NCBI GenBank assembly: GCA_016934855.1
Contig: JAFGSA010000003.1
Span: forward strand, 1,654 to 65,653
Direction of reading: 5' to 3'
From: Elusimicrobiota bacterium
GTDB taxonomy: Bacteria; CG03; SLGR01; JAFGSA01
DNA: 64,000 nt
Under the pieces are notes generated by a model. That model worked only from the letters and a program-made list of their open reading frames with translations, was not told where the DNA came from and did no database searches. The translations under genes and the position numbers were made by a program. Below, one piece after another: positions 9,902-17,966 of the stretch; positions within the stretch are counted from its first letter, which is position 1; each line of letters starts with the position of its first letter.

Positions 9902-11425
9902 ATGAAAATTTCGCTTGCGGGCATAAATGTCCCCGTCAAAGCGCTTGAAAAACTGCCTGAAGACCAGAAAGGCAAAGCCACGCCGGAGGTCATATCAGCC
10001 GCTTACGCCAGGATAAGCCGGAGCCTCAAGAACGTAGACGAGCTCTTGGAAGAATCCATGGAAGATATTTCCAGGGCAAGAAAATCAAACCAGGCGATAA
10101 TCTACGGAATGGGCCACCATTCAGTGGCTGACCATGTCATATTCAATATCAATATAAGGAACGTTTCCAGGCTCCTTATGGAATCCATACAGAAACGCCG
10201 GCTGGCAGGCTATACGGAAAAATCGCAGAGGTACGTCACCATGGACGGTGATTATGTGAAACCCGCGGAATATTCGGCGGAAGACCTTTCCAGGTTCGAA
10301 GACCTTGTCAGGCTTCAGAATGAGTTTTATTTTAATACCTATTCCCGGCTTATGGAGTTCCTCAAGGACAGGCATTCTTCCGGGCTGAACTCCTCGGAAG
10401 GGAAAGAAAAGACGCGGCTGCTGACCGCCATAGAGGGAAGCGCGAAGGAAGACGCCAGGTACAGCCTGTCTCTGGCAACAGAGACTCAGCTGGGATGCAC
10501 TTATACCGGCGAGACCGCGGAACTCGCCATAAGGGAGCTCCGCAACGGAAGGACACTTGAAGAAAAGGAATTCGCCAGGCTCCTTTACGAAGAGCTGTCA
10601 GTCAGGGCTCCTTCGGTGATACAGCTCACTGACCCGGAACTCTTCAGACAGCATAATCCCGGGCAGGAGCTGGCTGACGATAATTTCAAATACACTGACG
10701 GCTATATAAGGGAACTTGTAGGACGGATCTTTGCCCGGCACGCACCCGCCGAAAGGAGAGAAGGGCCACTGTCCTCAGACGGCATCACGATACTGAGCCA
10801 TAATGACCCGGACAGGCAGATAATAGCGGCCATTCTGCATCATTATTCCCACAGACCCGCCTGTGATTGTTATTCCCTGGCAGACGATATCCTTAAAAAA
10901 GGAGAAGCAGAAAAACTCATAAGAGATTCCCTGAAATATATAAGCAGGTACGATAAACTCCCCAGGGCTTTCGAGCCCGGCTTCGTAGTCTGCGAGATGA
11001 TAGTGAGCGCCGGATGCTACGGACAGCTTAAGAGGCACAGGATGAACACGCTTCTCGCGCAGGATTATGACCCCGCGCTCGGGTACACTATACCGCCCAG
11101 TATAATAGAGATAGGCGCGGGCGATGAGCTCAGCAAGGTCTGCGACACCTCTTCGGTACTATTCAGGGAGTTTTTGCCGAGATACGGCAAGGCGGCAGAG
11201 TACTGTCTTACAAACGCGCATAGGAAAAGAGTCATCCTGGCGGCAAATATAAGGCAGTTTTACCACATATCCCGGACAAGGCAGGACATACACGCCCAGT
11301 GGGAGATAAGGGAAAGAATAGCCGGCGCCGCGAACCTGATAAAGAAAATAGCTCCTGTAACTTCGATGCTCATGGGAGGACAACACGAGTTCGGGAGGAT
11401 CTACGATACGGTAATGGGGAAATAA
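9902..11425 (+). CDS. thyX: flavin-dependent thymidylate synthase ThyX, tandem (duplicated) ThyX-domain polypeptide
   Basis: The first domain has HHSVADHV...KRRLAGYTEKSQRY (the ThyX RHR-x7-S-x-RY motif). The second domain has LKRHRMNT and RQDIHAQWEIRE, matching the ThyX R-DSHAQWEI region. GGAGG lies 11 nt upstream of ATG 9902. Confidence 0.7.
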   Translation: MKISLAGINVPVKALEKLPEDQKGKATPEVISAAYARISRSLKNVDELLEESMEDISRARKSNQAIIYGMGHHSVADHVIFNINIRNVSRLLMESIQKRRLAGYTEKSQRYVTMDGDYVKPAEYSAEDLSRFEDLVRLQNEFYFNTYSRLMEFLKDRHSSGLNSSEGKEKTRLLTAIEGSAKEDARYSLSLATETQLGCTYTGETAELAIRELRNGRTLEEKEFARLLYEELSVRAPSVIQLTDPELFRQHNPGQELADDNFKYTDGYIRELVGRIFARHAPAERREGPLSSDGITILSHNDPDRQIIAAILHHYSHRPACDCYSLADDILKKGEAEKLIRDSLKYISRYDKLPRAFEPGFVVCEMIVSAGCYGQLKRHRMNTLLAQDYDPALGYTIPPSIIEIGAGDELSKVCDTSSVLFREFLPRYGKAAEYCLTNAHRKRVILAANIRQFYHISRTRQDIHAQWEIRERIAGAANLIKKIAPVTSMLMGGQHEFGRIYDTVMGK

Positions 11426-11438
11426 GCTGCCGCGGTGA

Positions 11439-13184
11439 CTAGTCTCCAGCCGCCGGCAGCGTAAAACTGAAGACCGAACCTTCTCCCGGAACTGACTGTG
11501 CCCATATCTCTCCCCCGTGGTTCTCGACTATCTTCTTGCAAACGGCCAGACCTATGCCAGTGCCTTCGTATTCCCGCCCGCCATAAATGCGCGTGAATAT
11601 GTCGAATATCCTGTTTAAGTCATTTTTGGCTATTCCTATTCCGTTATCTTTTACTGATATGTTCCAATTGCTGTCTTTTCTGACAGCGGAAATATGAATC
11701 CTGGGTGTCCTTCCGGCAGAGAATTTAACGGCATTGTTCACGAGGTTCTGAAAAAGCTGGATTACCTGTATCTCGTCTGCCCGCAATACGGGAAGACTGT
11801 CATATGTCACTTCTGCTTCTTTTTCTTTAATGAGCACTTTCAGATTCATGAGGGCTTTTTCCAGTGCTTTTCTCAAATCCGTATCTGTAAAAGGCGCCTT
11901 TTTGCTGGTAACGCGCGAATAGGTGAGCAGATCGTTTATCATCCGCTGCATCCTCATGGCCCCGCCCGTGGCAAAATCAATGAATTCCCTGCCGTCTGCA
12001 TCGAGTTTTTCTTTATACCTCCGCTCTACAAGCCCCAGGTAACTGGTTACCATGCGCAAAGGTTCCTGGAGGTCGTGAGACGTGATGTAAGCGAACTGCT
12101 CCAGGTCTTTGTTCGAGCGCTCCAGGTCCTTAAGAAGCCTGCGCTCCTTTTCCCTGGCCTGGTTCAGCTCCGTCGTGTCTTTTCCTAAAACCAGAAACCC
12201 TACGACTTTCTTGCGTTTACCGTATATCGCAGACGCTGTCACATCCAGATTGAGATACCCTCCGAGCTTCGATTTAAATTCGATACTCTTCTTTATGACC
12301 CTGTCCTTGCCCTTTAACCCGGGATACTCGTACATCGGCGTGTGCAGAAAATCGTTGATAGGGCGGCCCAGCATCTCTTCTTCCTTGAACCTGGATATTC
12401 TCAATATGTCGCTGTTGGTCTTGACTATTATCCCTTTCAGGTTGAGTATCATGAATATATCGGGAACATTGTCTATTATATTATCTATAGCCATTTCGGC
12501 CGTTACGGAGAAAAGTTCGTATTTATTTATCGCGTACGCCACGAATATGAGAAGCCAGGCCATCGATATTACAGTCATTTCAGGCATTTTCACGTCGATT
12601 ATCCGAAGGAGTCCTTCGGTTATGACATTTGAGAACGCGGGTATAGCAAACCCTATAGCCATATATTTGGCTTTCATTTTCATACCGCTGTCTTTAACCG
12701 AGAAATAATAGGCAATAAGTAAATAAAGGCTGATTAGAACTGTTATATATGCCCATGAATTCCCGATCCAGAACGGCCATTTATAAACGTAGTCATACGT
12801 ATAACCCCAGTATTCCTTTACGGCTTTGCTGGACACAAGGTTCGTACCGCCGTCCAGCACAGCGAAAAAGGTGGAAATCCCGTATAACGCTATGAATAAT
12901 ACGCGGTTCCTGACCAGCCTGCTTTGCGTAAAAAGAAGGGTGAAATGAAAAAGCAGCGCCGCCGTGTATGGCCACAGGCAGTTCAGCCTGATCCATTGGT
13001 ACGCAATCGATTCGGAATCAGCCCTGCGTATCATGAACTCCGCAAACCCCCAGTACGCGATGCTCAGGCATACAAGAGAGAACAGACGGTTGACTTTATC
13101 CCTGGGATTCTTATAGAAGACATAACAGGCAAGGCATAAAGATATAAGACTGCCTGCAAGAGAGAATAATGCGAATATGGTCAT
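11439..13184 (-). CDS. sensor histidine kinase with N-terminal multi-TM sensor domain, PAS-like region, HisKA and HATPase_c domains
   Basis: The H-box FAYITSHDLQEPLRMV is present. The G2 box is GTGIGLAVCKKIVENHGGEIW. The N-terminal 230 aa contain about 7 hydrophobic helices. Confidence 0.8.
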   Translation of the reverse strand: MTIFALFSLAGSLISLCLACYVFYKNPRDKVNRLFSLVCLSIAYWGFAEFMIRRADSESIAYQWIRLNCLWPYTAALLFHFTLLFTQSRLVRNRVLFIALYGISTFFAVLDGGTNLVSSKAVKEYWGYTYDYVYKWPFWIGNSWAYITVLISLYLLIAYYFSVKDSGMKMKAKYMAIGFAIPAFSNVITEGLLRIIDVKMPEMTVISMAWLLIFVAYAINKYELFSVTAEMAIDNIIDNVPDIFMILNLKGIIVKTNSDILRISRFKEEEMLGRPINDFLHTPMYEYPGLKGKDRVIKKSIEFKSKLGGYLNLDVTASAIYGKRKKVVGFLVLGKDTTELNQAREKERRLLKDLERSNKDLEQFAYITSHDLQEPLRMVTSYLGLVERRYKEKLDADGREFIDFATGGAMRMQRMINDLLTYSRVTSKKAPFTDTDLRKALEKALMNLKVLIKEKEAEVTYDSLPVLRADEIQVIQLFQNLVNNAVKFSAGRTPRIHISAVRKDSNWNISVKDNGIGIAKNDLNRIFDIFTRIYGGREYEGTGIGLAVCKKIVENHGGEIWAQSVPGEGSVFSFTLPAAGD

Positions 13185-13489
13185 GGTGTTCCCTCCAGGA
13201 ACCGTCGATCGCGGCGCCGCAAACCAGTGCTATCTCCCGGCAGAACATCAGGCGCATTTTGAAAGAAGGATTTTATCAGCATTAGGTTTATTCCATTAAC
13301 CCTTGTTTATAATTCTATTATTTTTCATTATTCAAAACAAGCTCGCGGGGCGTCATGATCTACGGTTATAATTCTTTCCCGCAGATCAATTCATTATATG
13401 CAATTATGTAACGGATATAGACAAAATCCCGATAAGATATTATCATTTATATGGGTTTTGCTGCATTATCGGAAACGTAAGGAGGCACG

Positions 13490-13882
13490 ATGCCCAGAAA
13501 GATACTAGTTGTCGATGACGAAGAAGGAGTGGTAAAACTCGTAGAAGAGATGCTCAAAAGGGCCAATATGGAGGTTTTTACCGCTACGCAGGGAAAGAAA
13601 GCATTATCCATATTGAAAAGCAGGCTCAAGGAAATAGATGTCCTCATCACCGATATCCTGATGCCCGATATCGACGGTATAGAACTTGCGGAGACAGCGA
13701 AAAAACTCAAACCTTCCGTAAAAATCATCGCTTTGACCGGCAGTATAACTTTCAACAACCTCAACGAGAAAGGGAAATCCCTGTTTGACGCATTCCTGTG
13801 CAAACCTTTCACGCAGGAAGACATCATCAACGCCATAGAAGGCCCCAAGAGCATGGATAACCTCATACAGAGAGGCTTCTAG
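13490..13882 (+). CDS. single-domain response regulator (CheY-like receiver)
   Basis: Motif ILVVDDEE is followed by the phospho-acceptor Asp in LITDILMPDIDG and the conserved Lys in CKPF. It is divergent from the histidine kinase gene. Confidence 0.75.
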   Translation: MPRKILVVDDEEGVVKLVEEMLKRANMEVFTATQGKKALSILKSRLKEIDVLITDILMPDIDGIELAETAKKLKPSVKIIALTGSITFNNLNEKGKSLFDAFLCKPFTQEDIINAIEGPKSMDNLIQRGF

Positions 13883-13960
13883 GGAATCGCCTTACCGGGT
13901 TACGAACCGTACCTCCGCGTATCGCTGAAAACAGCATATTAACAGGAAAGGTTACGAGTC

Positions 13961-14764
13961 CTATCTGCTGCTTTCCCTGAAAATATAGGTAAATACTGAC
14001 CTGGTGGACATGTAAACGTGTATAGCAGTGGGGATAAGGGTGGAAAAGCCCATGACTATGCCGAAATAGATGTTCCTCAGTCCGGCCGCGGGGTTCTTCG
14101 CTACTTCGACAATAAGGTGCTCGTAAGTTTCTGTCCTCTGCGTCAGAGTCTGCGGCTCTGTCTCCGTCAGCCCTATTATCCATCCGGATATCCAGAAGAC
14201 AAACAGAACCCAGGCCGTGGCGACCACGGCTATGAGAAGATCTATGGACAGGTGGCCTATATAACTCAGGGCAGTCTTCGTCTTCAGCGCCCTTCTTATT
14301 ATATACACGGTAACAAAGAAAGAGAGGGTATCGAAGAGGGCGCCCAGGAATCCTACGGGCAACTGTACCTTGAAATAATAAAACCTGTCGTCGCCTCTTA
14401 AGAGTTCGGAGAATGCCGTCGTGACTCCCAGCCAGTAACAGGCAATATTGAGAAGCAGAAAAAATATAAAAAGCATGATGAGGAAATTGCCGTGCGAAGC
14501 CCTGAAGCCCTCATATTTCAGCAAAAGGCTCCTCAGAGATTTTTTCCATACGGCTATTACCGGGTGATCATCTCCCATGGCAGTCCTTCCCCCCTCGAGG
14601 AAACGGTCCTTCCAGTTGAGCAGCTCTTCCCTGGCCATGCCGTATTTTTCCGATATTTTCTCCGCGTCACCGCCCTGCAGCAGCTCCATGACGGCGGGCA
14701 GTCTTTCTTTATCAGTGTTCATTCTACCTCCTGCATCCTTATATTCTAGCTTTTTGGATCGCAA
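13961..14764 (-). CDS. membrane protein with N-terminal transposase-type (IS3 OrfA-like) helix-turn-helix
   Basis: The N-terminus LPAVMELLQGGDAEKISEKYGMAREELLNWKDRFLEGG resembles an IS3-family HTH. It is followed by 5-6 transmembrane helices, and no DDE domain is present. Confidence 0.4.
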   Translation of the reverse strand: MRSKKLEYKDAGGRMNTDKERLPAVMELLQGGDAEKISEKYGMAREELLNWKDRFLEGGRTAMGDDHPVIAVWKKSLRSLLLKYEGFRASHGNFLIMLFIFFLLLNIACYWLGVTTAFSELLRGDDRFYYFKVQLPVGFLGALFDTLSFFVTVYIIRRALKTKTALSYIGHLSIDLLIAVVATAWVLFVFWISGWIIGLTETEPQTLTQRTETYEHLIVEVAKNPAAGLRNIYFGIVMGFSTLIPTAIHVYMSTRSVFTYIFRESSR

Positions 14765-14801
14765 TAATGCAATTCAATCATTACTCAAATTATGTTATAA
14801 T

Positions 14802-15386
14802 ATGGCCATGCTGAATATACCGAAGAAAGACGATTTCAAGAGCATCTACACCCTCGACGAAGAGACGGGAGCCTATATAATCGAGATAGCCCTCGATAAA
14901 TACTCGGATATCTTCAACGAGTGGGACCCGGCCCCGTTCAAGAAAAGGCTGCTCGACCCGGATCTTTTCGATTTCATCGATGAGAAAGCGGAAGAGATCC
15001 CTCTTAAATACAAAGTACTCTTTTATTTCCATATACCGAAGGAAGTCCAGAGCCAGGACAGCGAGAACACAATTATCGAAGGCATCAGCACCTATTATAA
15101 TACCCTTCACGACGCGGAGCAGAAAGAGATCATGAGGACGAACAAACGCATTATACGTTACATAATTACGGCTTTTTCCCTTCTCTTTCTAGCCATCGGC
15201 ACGCAGACCGTAGCTCCTCTGAACATCTTCCTTAACGTGCTCCAGGAAGGGCTGTTCATAGGGGGATGGGTATTCCTGTGGGAGGCCTTCAACGTCTTCT
15301 TTTTCGCCGGCAAGCACAGGATGAGAAGGGCCAGGGAATACACCCGCTATGCCCAGGCCCCGATCTGGTTCAAATACGACGGATAA
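14802..15386 (+). CDS. hypothetical protein with C-terminal transmembrane helices
   Basis: ATG at 14802 is in frame with the long ORF. The N-terminal half is acidic and the C-terminal half hydrophobic. Confidence 0.4.
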   Translation: MAMLNIPKKDDFKSIYTLDEETGAYIIEIALDKYSDIFNEWDPAPFKKRLLDPDLFDFIDEKAEEIPLKYKVLFYFHIPKEVQSQDSENTIIEGISTYYNTLHDAEQKEIMRTNKRIIRYIITAFSLLFLAIGTQTVAPLNIFLNVLQEGLFIGGWVFLWEAFNVFFFAGKHRMRRAREYTRYAQAPIWFKYDG

Positions 15387-15462
15387 GTTATCAGCGCAAC
15401 GCCAAGGGGCCCGTCTTCCCGGTCTTTACACTTTGTTCCATATTAGCTATATTAATATCAGA

Positions 15463-16551
15463 ATGTTCCGCAAGACAGCATATATATTTATCCTGATCCT
15501 GTGCTCCTATGCCGCGGGTACGGTCATGCCGGCAGAACCGGACCCCGGGCACAACTTTCTCTACATATTCGACGCTTCCGGAAGCATGGCTAAAAAAATA
15601 GGAGACAGGACGAAATTCAACATAGCCAAGCAGGTTATAATCGACCACATAAACGAGCTCCCTGCCGACGTAGGCGTAGGGCTTCTTTATTTCGGCAGCC
15701 AGAGCAAAGGCAAAAAAGAGATAAATTATGCCGTGCCCATAGACATAAATAACAGGGAAGAGATAGCGGAGATCATAACCGGGTTGAGTTCGGGCGGGCT
15801 GACTCCGCTTGCGGAATCACTACAGATATCGGTAGAAGAAATGGATAAGTCGAAGAAGGACGCCACCATTGTGCTTATAACCGATGGCAAGGAAGAATGC
15901 GGGGGCGACCCCATAAAGGTCATAAACGATTTTGCGGAAAAGGGCAGGATCATCGAGCTCCACATAATCGGCCTCGGAGTCGACAAGAAGACCAAGCTGG
16001 AACTGGAGAAGATTGCCAGCATCGGGGGAGGTTATTTTTACGATGCCAACGACGCGTTCCAGCTTAAGGACTCACTGTCTGCCATAACGGTCACAAAGAT
16101 GAACGAACAGATACTCAAGCTTAAATCCTCGCAGAGTTCTGCCAAGACCTCTAAAAGGCTGTATACCCTGAAAAAGGGCGAGAAGATCAAGGTCAGGATA
16201 AAATTCAAGCCGGAAGACCCGCTGGACGCTGAACCGGATAAGGAACCTGCCATATATTTTATACTGGGAGATACGCAGGTAGTCCTGAAGAACGTCTCCG
16301 GAAGCTGGACGCTCTATCTGGACGAGAACGGCCCGCTTTCCCCGCTCATATGGCCCACAGGCCTGAATATCAACTATGACTCATGGAACTATATGTCATT
16401 CGTATGCATGGACGGATTGATCGAGCTGGAAATAAACATGAAAAAGATATTCAGCATGGAGCAGCCTCCCGCCGACATACCCTTCAAGGTCGGGGTAGAA
16501 GGGGGAAAGACAAGTTTCAAGGACCTTACTACTGAAATACCGTTGTACTGA
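15463..16551 (+). CDS. secreted von Willebrand factor type A (VWA) domain protein
   Basis: Signal peptide present. The MIDAS-type motif LYIFDASGSMA is present, as is LITDGKEECGGDP, typical of the VWA fold. Confidence 0.65.
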   Translation: MFRKTAYIFILILCSYAAGTVMPAEPDPGHNFLYIFDASGSMAKKIGDRTKFNIAKQVIIDHINELPADVGVGLLYFGSQSKGKKEINYAVPIDINNREEIAEIITGLSSGGLTPLAESLQISVEEMDKSKKDATIVLITDGKEECGGDPIKVINDFAEKGRIIELHIIGLGVDKKTKLELEKIASIGGGYFYDANDAFQLKDSLSAITVTKMNEQILKLKSSQSSAKTSKRLYTLKKGEKIKVRIKFKPEDPLDAEPDKEPAIYFILGDTQVVLKNVSGSWTLYLDENGPLSPLIWPTGLNINYDSWNYMSFVCMDGLIELEINMKKIFSMEQPPADIPFKVGVEGGKTSFKDLTTEIPLY

Positions 16552-16564
16552 AGGAGGAATTATT

Positions 16565-16738
16565 ATGTTCAAGAAAATTCTCAGTTTTTTTAAACCGTCA
16601 TGCTGCTGCGGAAACGGCATGCCGGCAAATACCGCCGGCGGGAAAGATAAAAAGCAGGCTTCTTCCTGCTGTCATCAGGCCGAAGAGGCACCGGGGGAAA
16701 AGAAAGCTCCCGAAGGCGACAGCAAGGACGAGGGCTAG
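16565..16738 (+). CDS. small Cys-rich protein of 57 aa: MFKKILSFFKPSCCCGNGMPANTAGGKDKKQASSCCHQAEEAPGEKKAPEGDSKDEG
   Basis: It is not in the ORF track because it is under 60 aa. AGGAGGA lies 5 nt upstream of the ATG. Motifs CCCG and SSCCH are present. The C-terminus is lysine- and acid-rich. Confidence 0.4.
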   Translation: MFKKILSFFKPSCCCGNGMPANTAGGKDKKQASSCCHQAEEAPGEKKAPEGDSKDEG

Positions 16739-16841
16739 CCGCTGCTTCCCGCCGCGTACTGCATGGGCTGAATCGCTGTGACATTTTCTGCATCTAAACT
16801 GTCAGATAATATATAGTCAATATTGTTATTCCGGAGGTAAA

Positions 16842-17294
16842 GTGAGAATAAGTAGATATGTTTTGTTTTCGTCTTTTCTGCTGATAACATCTTCCGCGCT
16901 TTATGTCTTAGCAGGCGCCGATAAAAACAGGGATGACTTCTGCAAGGGTATAGATTATACGAACCAGGGCAAGTATGATCTCGCGATTCAGAAATTCACC
17001 GAGATCATCACGGAAAACAAGGATTACGCCAACGCCTATATGGCCCTGGGGATAGTATACATAAACAAGAAGATGCCTGAAGAAGCGGTTCAGCTCCTGG
17101 AAAAAGCGGCGGAACTCGACCCCTCCAACAAGAGAGTATTCTTCATGCTCGCCCGTCTGTACGAAAAAACAGACGAGACCAAAGCGCTCGCGACCTGGGA
17201 AAAATATATCTCTCTGGATCCGGAGCCTAAATTCAAGAAAATAGCCCGCAAACACATAGACCGGCTGACCGGGAAGGTTGATAACGATGAATAA
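16842..17294 (+). CDS. secreted tetratricopeptide-repeat protein
   Basis: GTG start lies 4 nt after GGAGG. A signal-like N-terminus is followed by TPR-like repeats (AIQKFTEII...ANAYMALGIVYINKK...AVQLLEKAAELDP). Confidence 0.55.
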   Translation: MRISRYVLFSSFLLITSSALYVLAGADKNRDDFCKGIDYTNQGKYDLAIQKFTEIITENKDYANAYMALGIVYINKKMPEEAVQLLEKAAELDPSNKRVFFMLARLYEKTDETKALATWEKYISLDPEPKFKKIARKHIDRLTGKVDNDE

Positions 17295-17895
17295 ACCCGG
17301 CAGTCTCCATACGGCGCTTTTTATCCCGTTCCTGGTTCTTATACTATACGGATGCGGCCCCAAAGTCGCTGTCAGGCCCGGCTATGATTTCAAGAGCATC
17401 AACCGCATAGGAGTAATGAAGTTCGACAGTTCACAAGTGGACCTTTTTACGTCTTTTGACCCCGGTACCGCGGTGGCCGACGAATTCGTCTTCCAGTTCC
17501 TGTCCAGGGGAGTAAGGGTAGTAGAGCGTTCGAGGCTCGAAGATATACTGAGAGAGCAGAAACTCTGGAAAAGCGGATACATAGATCCGGAGACGATAAA
17601 ACAGGCGGGCAAGATCCTCGGCGTCGACGCCATTATACTGGGTACCGTGCTCAAATACGTACCGGACTCGAAAAAAAGGATATATATTAAAGACGATAAC
17701 GGTAAACTGCAGGAAGAGATCTTCCTGGTCGAGGCCGAAGTCGGCATAAGCGCCCGCATGGTAGACGTAGTCACCGGCGAGATAATCTGGGCCGGTTCTT
17801 ACTCGTACGATTCTTTCTACATTGACACGGCGATCAGGCAGGCCGTAGACGCAATAATCAAATCCCTGGGAAAAGTCTGGATATTCACCAGCTGA
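17287..17895 (+). CDS. lipoprotein with CsgG/LpoB-like (TolB N-terminal-like) domain
   Basis: ATG overlaps the upstream stop. Lipobox LILYGC. The block GVMKFD...FVFQFLSRGVRVVERSRLEDIL...GKILGVDAIILGTV is typical of this fold. Confidence 0.5.
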   Translation: MNKPGSLHTALFIPFLVLILYGCGPKVAVRPGYDFKSINRIGVMKFDSSQVDLFTSFDPGTAVADEFVFQFLSRGVRVVERSRLEDILREQKLWKSGYIDPETIKQAGKILGVDAIILGTVLKYVPDSKKRIYIKDDNGKLQEEIFLVEAEVGISARMVDVVTGEIIWAGSYSYDSFYIDTAIRQAVDAIIKSLGKVWIFTS

Positions 17896-17966
17896 CATAA
17901 ATCCCGTCCTTGGAATAAATCCTTTTTTTCAGTTAGTATTGATAATAACGCCCGCTGGATGTATCC

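Noticed and set aside
12109-12708. 199-aa plus-strand ORF antisense to the histidine kinase gene
   Set aside because: It is a shadow ORF within a gene carrying clear HisKA/HATPase motifs. It is Ser/Ile-rich and low-complexity.
13961-14764. Possible insertion sequence, because of the transposase-like HTH
   Set aside because: There is no DDE/transposase catalytic domain and no second ORF. No terminal inverted repeats could be found in the flanks. It is treated as a domesticated HTH-membrane fusion rather than a mobile element.
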